A DNA stretch of 63,261 bases, the filler included, from Phoronis australis (Eukaryota > Animalia > Phoronida), in NCBI GenBank assembly GCA_002633005.1. It is 6 parts of 6 records of this genome, joined end to end, with 100 filler letters (N's around TTAATTAATTAA, not from the genome) between each part and the next. Parts side by side here need not be neighbours in the genome. Positions count along the whole stretch, not along the records: positions 29,313 to 39,185 come from NMRA01001783.1; positions 39,286 to 54,440 come from NMRA01001297.1; 4 more parts are not named here. One strand, written 5' to 3'. The notes beneath the pieces were generated by a model. It had not been told where the DNA came from. It ran no database searches and saw only the letters and a program-made list of their open reading frames with translations. Positions 38,848-51,500 of this stretch are shown one piece after another. Both the position numbers and the translations under genes were made by a program. Numbering within the stretch: the first letter of the stretch is position 1; each line of letters begins with the position of its first letter.

Positions 38848-39562
38848 GTGAGTTATTCTGTGTGTAAACTGCAGTGTCTGTCTATTTTTGATACCTATCC
38901 TCCATACATATAATGCAGATGTCATAGATAGTAGTTCTTCGTAGTCTTTTATTTCTTTTTTGGTGTTTAACTCAAGTAATCAGGACCAAGTCAAACTGTC
39001 AGTGACACTTTCAACAGGGCTTAGATTTTTCACCTTTTGAGAGGATTTCCTGTTTTGGTTTCAATTTCCGCTTATTTGTTTTCCAGTTTCCTCTTTTTTT
39101 CTTTTTATCATTACTTTGAATTTATTCATGCAAAAAGGCAGTTTAAATTTTACATCACAAAACTATTTGTATCACACGAGCCTATNNNNNNNNNNNNNNN
39201 NNNNNNNNNNNNNNNNNNNNNNNNNNNNNTTAATTAATTAANNNNNNNNNNNNNNNNNNNNNNNNNNNNNNNNNNNNNNNNNNNNATTCAGAACTTTAAC
39301 CACTAAAAGTTTTTCAAAACTTCGAATGTTAAACGGTAATCATTTACCAGATTAACAAAGCCAACAGTCAAAAAAGAGTAATTGTGTTTGAAAGTACAAG
39401 TGTTATGCTATGGCCAAGGTTAGTTTTATTGAAAAATCTACTGAGACAGTACACTCTCACAATAAGTTATGAACACATCAACTTATCAACTGTATAGCAA
39501 TGAGAAGCAATAGCTTCCAAGAGTGTTGTTAACCTCCTGATCTTCTAGAAATTAGAATGTAC

Positions 39563-42500
39563 CTGTTAGGGGACTGTTGCTGCTGATTAAAAGCTGTACT
39601 ACCAGGTATGACAGCCGCACCCATACTGGTGGGTGTGGTATTGCGCTGATATTGTCCACTGAAACCCCTCTGTTGTAGTGCTGAAAACATAATGGAAGAG
39701 CAATTATCACATGGAATTATGCACTGAAACCTCTCAGCTGTACTGGGTGAGGATTCAACAGACTGGGGGATAACAAAGTATTATCTTAAAAAGCAAACTA
39801 GGCAATATTTCTGCATGTACTCAACAACTAAAAGCACTATTTGCTTTGAAAAAAATACTAATAATCAAGGTGATATGTGATGGGTGCAACCTGAAATAAA
39901 CTGGCAAAATGTCATCAGTGTGTATTTCAGTGCTTTCCTGGCTTGCAATGCGGCCACTTACTTGTGTTGCCAAAACCCACTAGCTGGGATGGTGAACTGG
40001 AGCCCATCAGCTTATCATCGGCTCTGAACATGGATTGGGCAGCACTAAAATACATTCCCGTCTCGGCATCTTCGTCGTCGAATGGAAAACCCTGGAAAGG
40101 AGTGTGTCTCGTAGTAAAGACTTTAAAGAACGATGTTGTTGGTACACACGAGTACTTACAAAACGCTTATTTATGTTTAGTATTGTCAGACAAGGAGTGC
40201 ACTTGTTCCACAAAAAGAGACATAAATGTCCAAAGTGTATCGTCAGCTTATGTTTGTGAAGATCCATAACAAAACACAAGCAACCAAACATATCTCACTA
40301 TTAACACTTTTGAATGCCATGCACGGCTGTAGAAAATTTAAGAAACACAATGTGAACATATCTTTTCATCCTGGCGACACCATCTATAAGTGTCCCCCTG
40401 ACCAAAAATGTGGTGTTAAATACCAAGTGGATTGAGCTTCTTGTGAGACGTAATATAGGAGTGTGTCCAACAGTGAAAAACCTGTACTGATGAGCACAGG
40501 AAACCTGAGAAGACCAGCTTGTCTTCAGCTTTATCTGAGCATGTTCAAGAACACAATCATTTTATTGACTAGGAGTCTGCTAGCATTTTAGACAGTGAGA
40601 ATATGTACAGTCTAGGGAAGCTATTTACATCAGGCGTCATACCCCCTCTATCAACAGAGACAGAGGAGCTATTTACATCAGGCGTCATACCCCCTCTATC
40701 AACAGAGACAGAGGAGCTATCTACATCAGGCGTCATACCCCCTCTATCAACAGAGACGGAGGCCAGGAATTGCCCTGTATATACAACTGGGTTCCAGCTC
40801 CTTGAGTGCCGCCTAGCGGCAATCTACACAACTAAACATTCAAGGAAGAACCCATCTGTCACAATTCGGTCTGACTTGTATATGATTTGAATATTAAGAG
40901 GTTGCTGTTGTTAGTTGGTCTATACTGGGCCAACCCCTTTGTATAGTTATGCAAATGTGCTCGTTTTGCATGTGCAGGTAGCAGTCACGATAATGCTGGT
41001 ATACGCGTGTTACTTGGCAGTCCACCGGTAGTTTGGGCGGAGGGCAGTTGTGCTTTGCCACACTCTTACTTCATATTTGAAGCACATGGTGCTCATACCA
41101 GTCAAACGCTTAAGTTTTATCACCACGCAGCTGAACCATGTGTGCAGGTGGCTGGTCAAGCAGGCGGCTGGTCAAGCTGGGCGGCGTAATATTTGTCCAA
41201 GCAGTGGCCAAAGTTGTGGCACGTGTAGGACCATAAAGAGACACTGAGACCCTTGTGAACTATAACAATTTTCATATCGGCAATCATTATTATGAGTTTG
41301 TGTGTTTTGTGTGTGTGCGTGTGTGTGTTTGAGAGGTAATATATATTATATAATTAACTTGTTCTGTTTTGTGTCTTGAGAAATTGCCTGACACTAGACA
41401 AACTTGACAACTTGGGGGCTTGTAATGGAGAAAAATATTCAACTACGATGCCTCAGGACATAAAGTCAGTATTTATGTTGTATAGTCAGTGACAGTAACA
41501 GTAGGTTATTACTTGGTGGCCTCTGGTGAACTCGGTAGGGTCTGTTTATATTATTTGGTCTTGCGACGACTTGACATTTTGCAGTTGTTGGTATGCCAGC
41601 GTTCTGATGTATGTTTTTGTGAGTTCTAGTTCATAGGGTGGACTTGACGTGTGTTGGCTGCCGGACTTGGGTCACTGTTGCGTGGTAGCTGTGTGTGACT
41701 GGCATAGCCTATGTGGCTGAGGCACTAGCATTGCTGTGCATGTAAGTTGATCTGTGTGATCACACGATGGGCAAGTGTGACGGCCTGATATTCTACACAG
41801 TAGTCAAATGCTCTGTGTTCAGCTGATATTCTACACAGTAGTCAAATGCTCTGTGTTCAGCTGATATTCTACACAGTAGTCCAATGCTCTGTGTTCAGCT
41901 GATATTCTACACAGTAGTCAAATGCTCTGTGTTCAGCTCATATTCTACACAGTAGTCCAATGCTCTGTGTTCAGCTGATATTCTACACAGTAGTCAAATG
42001 CTCTGTGTTCAGCTGATATTCTACACAGTAGTCCAATGCTCTGTGTTCAGTCTGTGTGACTGTGTAATTTGATTCTGCGCAATTTGATTCAAATTAATGA
42101 TCTGTGTGTTAGTTTTCCCAGATCCACTGTCTATGTGACATGATTTGATTTTACATTGTATGGTTAATCTGTGACTATAGTGGTCTTGTCATCCTGTAGT
42201 CTGTGTGAATCTATTTGCTTTGAAGTTATTTTCAGTACCAGTATGGAGAGGTTGGCCGAGCTAGTTCAGCTTGGTAAACAGATTGGTTATGATGGGGCTG
42301 ACTTGCAAAGCTTTATTAGAGAGCAACAGAACCGCGAGCGTGAAAAGCGGCGTGAAGAGCGGCGTGAAGAGCGGCGTTTAGAACGTGAGCGGGAGTGTGA
42401 TAAAGAGGAAGATGTTAGTGTTGAAGCGGACAAGCAGCGTGAGGAGAGTGAACGTCAGCGTAGTTTTGAGATAGAGACACAGCAGAGAGCTTTTGAGTAT

Positions 42501-45500
42501 GAGCAACAAAGTCGTCCAGTACAAAGTAAAGTTGAGGTGATTGAGAATAATACTAGTCAAGCTGGTGGTAGAGTGAGTGCTCGTAGACCAAAACTTCCAC
42601 TTTTTGATGATGGTAAAAACGATAAAGATGTTATCTCTAACGATTCGAGCGTTTTGCTAAATCTATAAAGAGAGATAGAACAGAGTGGGCTATTAATATC
42701 AGTGCATTACTCACAGGAAAAGCCCTTTATGTTTTTGCCGAATGTAATCTTCCGACGCTGAGGACAACGACAAGGTAAAAGCTGCGCTATTGAAAAGATA
42801 CCATCTGTTAGCTGATGGATATCGGCGTAAGTTACGGACTAGTAAGCCTGATGAGGGTGAACCTCCCTCCCAATTTGTTGTAAGACTTTTCCATTATCTA
42901 GATAGGTGGATGGGTTTAGAATTCTGAAGGTATACCTAAAACTTTTGAAAGACTGTGTGACTTACTTGTAAGCAGTGTTTCCCCTGAGTTTTGAAAGGAA
43001 CATGGTGGTGAATGGCCAAAACGGGATGTAAAGCCCGTTGCCGCATGCAAATATGAGAAGTGGGATCCACCTATTGCCTGGGTTTCGCGGGGGGGGGGGG
43101 TTGGGAGACTTTCCCCAGGCAAACTTTGAAAATTACATGCAATTGCATGCAGTTTGCTCATCATAGACAAGAGCGTAATCCGAGCATCATGTAGCGGAAG
43201 TATCTGAACACTTTGCAAGACAAATTGGCAATGAAGTCTCCAGCATAGTGTTATCTCTGTTGCACTAGAGTACAAACAAGAGCAACGCAGAGCGTTGAAA
43301 TGCGTCCACAATTGCACCGTATACGGTATCCTTCTAGGGTTGTTTAATGGTACCATAAAGTGGCCAGTAGAGGGCATATATGTAGTATGTTGTACTTTGC
43401 AAAATGGAAAGGCATGGTCATTGTCTCCTCAATAGGCTAGGGGCAAAATGTGAGTGATCTTCATAATACAAGCACATTCTATATATCAGTTGCTTAAAGC
43501 ACCACAGAAACATAGAATTAAAAACAAATTTACCAACATACGAGATTAGCACAGCATTAGTATGCCGCCCAAAAGTCGTCATCGTCTGTTGTTAACATCA
43601 TATAAATATACTTACACAATTTCGTAAAGATCCTGCGAACGGTTTAGGAGATACAGCCATAGGCGCAAAAAAAACTGCCACTAGGCGGCGCCACAGTAGA
43701 CGAAATCGTCGGAAAATCATGGTCAACTGTCTTCTACATAGTAAGCATATACATGCCAATTTTCACAATCATCCTTTGAGCGGTTTGGTTGATAGAGGGG
43801 TGGACGCACAAAAACAGACTCCAAAACACTAAAAATGGCCACTAGGTGGCGCAAACTATGTCGAATCCATCTGAAAACGGGAGGATAGCGTCATCTCACT
43901 AATAGGTGCCTACATACCCAATTTCATAAAAATCCGTTCAAGACTTTTGAAGATACAAAGGTAAGCGTAAAAAACTAAAATTGCCACTAGGGGGCACACC
44001 GGTAGTCGGATCTGTCCGAAAGTTTGCACATGCCGTCCCATTCAAGAATGGAACATATGTACCAAATTTCATGAACGCATGTCAAAGGGTTTTGGAGATA
44101 AAGCAGCGGACGCCGGACGGACGCCGCTCGGACGGACGGACGGGGATGACGGCATAATGCGTCCACATATAAATATGTGGGCGCATAAAAAGTGTTAAAA
44201 TTCAATTATCTACAAAGTGACAAACATAGAACAAAAAATATTTGAACTTCGTAGATAATAAACTAATTTGTGTAACGAAACTTCCATTGATATCGTCTAG
44301 CTAAACATAAATCAGTGATTGTGGATTGGCGTTGGCCGGCGTAGCAGACGATGTATAATGCAGACGCATCTGAGACTGGTTAATATTCAATATCATCATT
44401 TTGGCACAGGGCTATGGTTGATTAAACAGTTGGATGTCACGCCATGCAGTATAATTCACAATATCTTTTGTAAACTCGAACACGATGAAATGAATGAAGC
44501 AGAAATCTTACTGTTTCTTACTTCACTAGCGAGCCCTGGCACCTTCCCATTTTAGAAAATTTGTATCGAGGTCGTTGCCTGGTCCCTGGCTGTATTAAGT
44601 TTATATGCATTGTCGGATAACCAGGAGGAAACGAGGTACGAAAGGGACTTAGGGACTGAATGATTGTGTTTTAACGAGGGCACAATTCAAGATCCCATTG
44701 TAAAATTATTGTTTTTCCCTTTCGATTCACAAACAGCGAAAGGTGTCGTGTGACTTGTACTTATTGATGATTACTAGCGATCATTTTTACTAGCGATTCA
44801 TTTCACTAGCGATCATTTTATTAGCTATCATCTTTACTAGCGATCATTTTTAAAAGCGATTTTTGCGTGACGGTGAAACTTCCCCGTCACGATTAGGTGT
44901 GTGGCGGTCAATTTGAGTGTGATTTAGGTAGGTATCCAAAACACTACAGATAGTTTCCTCAAACTTTTTCTGGCCAGGAATGCCAGGTGACATCGCACGT
45001 TACTGTAAGTCATGTGATGTGTGTCAGAAAACTTCAAAAAAGGCAATGTTAGGAACATTCCACTTGAAAAGATGCCAGTGATTGACACGCCATTCAAAAG
45101 AGTAGTGGTAGATCTTGTCGGTGCAATTCATCTTGCTACGAGTAAGGGTAGAATGTTTTTACATCAAATCTCATGAAGTAGTCTAGTTGCCAAAAAGTTG
45201 ACCCAGCAATGTAGTTTACTGTAAAGTTTTGTTTTGGAAATTTATTATATGTGGTTAAGAGAACAAAATTAACTTAGTTGCACTTTGTGCAACTTTGAGC
45301 ATTTTTTATAATTCAAGATGGCGGCTTCCGCAATCTTAAATTCCGTCTAATTTCAACACTCTGAACATGTTACCGAGTAGGATCCCGCAATTCGTGATTT
45401 CCAATGTTTTTTTGGACAGAGAGTCCATTTCTGATATCATTTTATGGATGCAAGGTCAAAGTCAAGGTCAAATGAGAGGTCAAAGGTCACGTTGAACTGA

Positions 45501-48500
45501 AACAAGGAAAATTCATCTCTTAATTCGCGCGATGAAAAGTTAAATTCATGGGAAATGCGGAATTACCATTTCTGTGATTCCATTATATCAAGAATAAGGG
45601 ATTTGCTAAATACTGGAATAAGATATCCTCCCAACCTCTCAATAATTAGCTTAAAATAGTGTTGTACCAGACCTACTCATGCCGCTCAATAAGGCCCATC
45701 GCACTGATCACCTTGGACCATCTTTATGCTTCATTAATTGAAACAGAGCTGACGGGCTAGGGACTTGACTCAAGCGACCAGCAGTGTGCCCCGTGTGACT
45801 CGAAAACACAACCTTGAGTAGAGGAAGGACACTAAGCCACACTGCCTCCTCATAGTGAATAGGGGTATATTGATTACACGTAATACGTACAAGTTACATG
45901 TACGTCGACTAGGGTGGGCACTATTATTAATCCAGGGAAAACATAAACAATGACTTCGGAAACTTACTATAAAATAATGTAAATTTTTCAACTTTGCGAA
46001 ACCACCTGGCTTCTTCTACTGGGGATTGATGCCGGACTCATTGGTTCTCCAGAAAATTTCACCCCCTCCATTTGTCGTTGTTCATAGGGAACAGCTTCAA
46101 GGAAATGGACCACGACTCCCTGACTGCGATAAGTTCACCTTGACACCTCTATGTTGACTCAGAGAGGGGTTAATGGCGTCTCTGACAGCTCGTTCAAACC
46201 AAGAACTAGTCTCTGTCCAGTACCCTCGCGTCTTGTGACCTCTCATATTGGCAGCACTTGCTCAGGTCAAATCTCTGAAATGTTGCATTGTGTCCGAAAT
46301 ACTACCATTCCACTTCTCCATTTGAGTTTTGGCTTCTACTGGCACATTAAGATATCCAATAAATCAAGAGCTCGGAGATGTCAGTGTTGTCACACGTGAT
46401 TCTAATGATGTGGGTGCTTTCTTCCACCACTTTCAACATTTACCTATACAACGTCTGCTTCACCATGTGTAATTACAAAGTGGCTCTTCTTGACCCGCTC
46501 GATGATGAATAGAAGGGAGTAGCTTCATACACATAGAAGGTTGTTTTTCATAGCGTTATTTAGAATAGTTTAGCAGCAAGAGAGGGATGTTTGAGAACAG
46601 GGGTTAGCATGACATCCTCAACTTTTCCTCATGTTATCGTCGCATGGTCCTTTGTGTAAAGAATCTTCGTGGTCATATTTTTCAAAGAAAATAATTATTT
46701 CACAAGCAAGAGGATAGGGGGCTAGTAGAGGGCCGAGTTGTAGTTTCAGAAACACTCCAAACGACCTGCTTCAAAAGCTGGACAACAGGAACCAACACCA
46801 CCTCTGGAGCAAAATCAGTTGGGACCAAAATGGCGTTGTCACCCTTCCTCAGACTGCCGTATTTGCCAATCTGGGCTGTAGGGAGTGGACTCAATAAGTG
46901 CATACAGAAAAAAAATCAGCTATGTTAATGTTACATTGCTGTCTAACAACTAACACCGTCTCAACGCCATAGCCTTCCCTCGACAGTACAGGCTTATTCA
47001 GCAACTCCAGCATTTTGACTTTTCTTAGTGTTTTGTAACATTCACTACATACCGAAACTAAAAAGCTGACTACTCTGCTCATGCCTAATGACCAGCTCGT
47101 TCTGAAATCTACTCGGCGATTGTAGATGTTATGGAGATATGACTGCTGGTTAGTGAGTGGGTGTCTGTGCTTCTCTATCTCCTCCGCAATCTTTCTCTAG
47201 TCATCCTCGTCCAGGTCCAGTACTCCCTTCTTGCAGTAGTCTTTTCCGTCACTCCACCACGTGACATTTGCTCTTCACCACCTTCATTCCACATGACTTA
47301 TGTTCTCCATAGCAGGATCAATGGGGAGCACACCCATTGGAACTCTTTAACCACATGACCACTTAATTGCTCGGCTCTCATTAAAATGTCCCTTATAATC
47401 CCAGAACCTTTTACTCTTTTGATATATAGTATGCCTGTTCTTCGAATTCAAAACAAACTTCGAAATAACTCTTGGTATAAACTTCTTGCCAGAAATGTTA
47501 GGCAACTTAGTCGAACACTTATTGCACGTTTGTCAACTTTTGTCGTAGTTTAGGTTGAATGTTATTGCGCCCAGCCGTTGATTGTTTATTTATAACAGGA
47601 GTTACTTGCAAATTATGACAATTAAGACAGTGTACATGGCTTGTTGAAATCTATGTTAAAGTGACTGTGTGCAGAGCAAGCCAAACAGTGGGACAGGTAT
47701 TTGCCTGCCGTTGTTTATTTATAACAGGAGTTACTTGCAAATTATGACAATTAAGACAATGTACATAGCTTGTTGAAATCTATGTTAAAGTGACTGTGTG
47801 CAAAGCAAGCCAAACAGTGGGACAGGTATTTGCCTGCCCTTGTTTTTCTTACAGGGAGATCCCAGTCTAGTCTAGGTTTTTCTCTGTTTCAGTTACTATA
47901 ATGGGCGTACAGTGAGGGGACCTATGCAGATATTGACGGAGGTGTGGACTTCAGAACAAGACTCCCAGATATCTGGAATAGCTATCAATATGTTACTGAA
48001 CTCCGAGATCGCATAGAAGCGACCACTGAGTAAGCTAGAGGAGCTGTGTAAGTCCCAAGATAGGTATAAACATTTCTATGATCGTAAGACAGCGGTGAGA
48101 AAGTTTTAGGTTGGTAACAAAGTTTTACTACTCTTCCCTACTGATCACAATAAATTGCTAATGCATTGGCAAGGTCCGGATGAAGTTGTAGAGGTGAAAT
48201 GACTCAATGATTACAGGGTTAGAGCAGGCCTTCATGCAGCGTACGTCCTGGGCGTCCATTTGGACGCCCTAGCACTAATGTAGATGCCCTGGCAAGGACG
48301 CCCAATGTATCATTTGGACGCCCTGTCAATCAGAATTTCTCCAGTTTGGACACCCACATTGTAAGATCACTAAGACTCCCAGTTAACCAAAGAGAGAAGA
48401 TGGCCCTTTCAACTCAGAAAGAAATATACAAAGTATTTAAAATGTTGCAATATTCAAACTAGTTGGTAGACCTGTCAATCATTAGCACATGGTTGGTTGC

Positions 48501-51500
48501 CAGAGAGTCTGCTTTCAGTAGTCATGTACCACTGTAATTCTGTACTTTATATAGGGACATGGACCTTGCTCAACTCCAAACTGGTGTTTCAGAGCTGTAG
48601 TTTCATGTACTTCATCTTTTTTTAAAAACACCAAAAGCGAAATAAATGTCATTATTTTAATAATATGATGTGCCGCAAGAATAACCCCGTTTAAAATGTT
48701 TGAGTTTTCGCCTGTTTCATGCTTTTCTATGTGCGGCTAAAATGGAGCAGCAGTGACACCTGTTGCCAAAATATAAACTACACATCATCTGTGAATTTTT
48801 CTTTTGTTGGTAACTGCAGCTTTGATGACTCATTGTGCATAATATAAAGCTAGTGAAGTTGATATAATAAACTTTATAACAGAATTTGACTTGAGATGAC
48901 CAAAAACAGCGCACTCATCGTTCAACCAATATCTGTAATACCCGTTTGGTAAGCTATTTGGCTGTTTTCGTAAATTTAGACATAAAAGTCTTGATCAACA
49001 GTTTTTTAGTACTTAAAAAAGCCCAATACAAGGGAGCTGTTTTGTAAAATTAGGTGTAAAAGCCTTGTTCAACGCATTTTTTAATTGTAAAAAAACCTCA
49101 CTGTGTGTGTTTGGGGGGGGGTTACTGGTGAATGGTGGTGGGGAGGGGGGGTATTGCGTCGTTGGAATCATGGACGCCCTGGAATATTGGGAACCCCATT
49201 TTGGACACCCTGTGTTCGAAATCCTGGATGAAGCCCTGGGTTAGAGTACAAAACAAGGTCAAATTGTTCCATGCAATTATGTTGAAAAAGTAGAAACAAC
49301 AGATGACGGGTCTGTACAGGCAGCTGCTGTAGCTGTCACTGAACCTCCAGCAGATGACGATGTTGGTGACGGTGCTGTTGATGACGAGAGCTTGATTCCG
49401 GTTGGTGAGTTGTTCAGTACCGAGACGGTCAGCGATGTTCAGGAGGGAACAACCATCAGTGCTGACCAGGAAAAAAGTGTCAGAGAGGTGTTAAATATCA
49501 ACTGTTTTCACAGATCTACCGGGTTGTACTAACTTTGTGGAAAATTCCATAGAGTTGACTACTAGTGAGTCAGTATATGTTAAACCTTACACGGTACCTT
49601 TCTCGGTTAGGAACACTATAAGTGATGAGGTAGATAAGATGTTACGTATGGGCATTATTAGGATATCAAATTCCCCATATTCTGCTCAAGTGATTATTGT
49701 TAAGAAAAAAGATGGACGCAATCGATTTTGTGTTGACTTCCGCAGGCTTAACAGTGTGACCTTATTTGACACCAAACCAGCAAACAAAGCTGAAGATATT
49801 TTTGCTAGGTTGAGTGATGACAAATTCTTTTCCAAGCTAGAACTCTCTAAAAGGATATTGGCAGATTCCTATGGAGGAGGAGTCTGTTGCAAAAACGGCG
49901 TTTTCTACTCAAGAAGGGTCTTATGTCTTCTGCGGGATGCCGTTTGGTTTGAAGAACAGCAGCGCAACATGCAACCGGATGGTGTTTAAGTTGTTAGAGG
50001 GTATCTCAAATATGGATAGTTACACTGATGATATCCTAGTTCACACTAAAACATGGGAAGAGCATTTGGCAGGGCTTGACTTGTTGTCTAAGATCAAAGC
50101 AGCAAACTCAACTTTGAGACCTAGTAAATGAGTAGTGGCTGAGACAAATGCTAACTTTTTGAGTCATACTGTTGGTGATGGATACATTTCAATCCACTCA
50201 GTTAATGCTAATAAGGTTAGGAATGCAGTTAGACTTGTTACTAAACGACAAGTAAGAGCTTTTGTTGGCTTAGTTGGTCATTTCCGCAAGTTCATACCTC
50301 ACTTTGCAGAGAATGTTGTACCTTTGACTGACATGACATGTAAAGGTTCTCCAAAGTATTATGTAGTGAATCAGCTGAAAAAGCGTTTAGGACATTGAAA
50401 AACATTCTGGTTAACGATCCTGTATTGATGTTGCCTAACTTGGAGAAAAGATTCTATTTGCAAACTGATGCGTCAGACAACGCGCTTGGGGCTGTACTGC
50501 TCCAGGACCATGACAGTATGCTGATACCCGTGGCTTATGCTAGTCACAAACTTCTGGAACACGAGAAAAGATATTCTACTGTTGAGAAGGAATGTTTGAC
50601 CCTGATGTGGGCAGTGGCGCATTTTCGTGTCTTCCTGTATGGTTGAGAATTTACGTTACAGACGGATCATCAGCCACTGGTATATTTGAACAGGTGCACA
50701 TTGTCCAACTGTCGCTAAATGTGGTGGGCATTGGTTTTACAGTCTTATACATTTCATTTAGAAGCTATCAAGTACACTGACAATATAGGTGCTGATTATA
50801 TACGTAGAATGTCTGAGTGAGGAGTGAATGTGTGATTTATTATTATTATTTTATTGCCAAATTGTGTTGTATAGGAAATTATTGTAATTTCTTGTAGTAT
50901 GGGGGTGTGTCACAATTTGGTCCGACTTGTATATGATTTGTATATCATGAGATTGCTGTTTTTAGTTGGTATATACTGAGCCAACCCCTTTATATAGATA
51001 TGCAAATGTGCTCGTTTTGCAAGTGCAGGTATGGGCAGTCACGATAATGCTGGTATACTCGTGTTATTTGGCAGTCTACGGGTTCTTTGGGCAGAGTGCA
51101 GTTGTGCTTTGCCACGCGCTTACTTTACATTTGAAGCACATGGTGCCCATACCAGTCAAAACCCTTTGGAACATGTGACCCTTAAGTTCCATTACAGCTG
51201 AGCCATGAGTGTGCAGGCGACTGGTCAAGCTGGGCGGCGTAATATTTGTCCAAGCAGTGGCAAAATCTCTGATGCTGAGAAGCCAAAGTTGTGGCACGTG
51301 TAGGACAATAAAGAGACACCGAGACCCTTGTGAAGTATAATAATTTTCATATCGGCAATCATTATGAGTTTGTGTGTTTTGTGTGTGTGTCTTTGAGAGG
51401 TAATATATATTACATAATTAACTTGTTCTGTTTTGTGTCTTGAGAAATTGTCTGACACTAGACAAACTCACCATACATGGCAGTCGAAAGTCTTCATGGC

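Larger units (their letters stand above)
40857..51470 (+). mobile_element. Decayed Ty3/gypsy LTR retrotransposon, Gmr1-like order (gag - IN - RT - RNase H)
   Basis: 5' LTR 40857-41409 (TGTCA...TGACA) and 3' LTR 50908-~51470. PBS TGGGGGCTTGT at 41413 (tRNA-Pro-like); G-rich PPT-like tract before 50908. gag about 42243-42970; IN remnants 44887-45145 (FFWPGM..YCKSCDVCQ, PFKRVVVDLVG) and 47650-48224; RT 49537-50131 (RFCVDFRRLN, MPFGLKNS, YTDD); RNase H 50395-50820 (LQTDAS, AYAS, YSTVEKECL). Confidence 0.9.

Noticed and set aside
42973-42984. hAT-like terminus CAGTGTTTCCCC where gag breaks off
   Set aside because: No matching opposite TIR or TSD was found, so the element could not be delimited.
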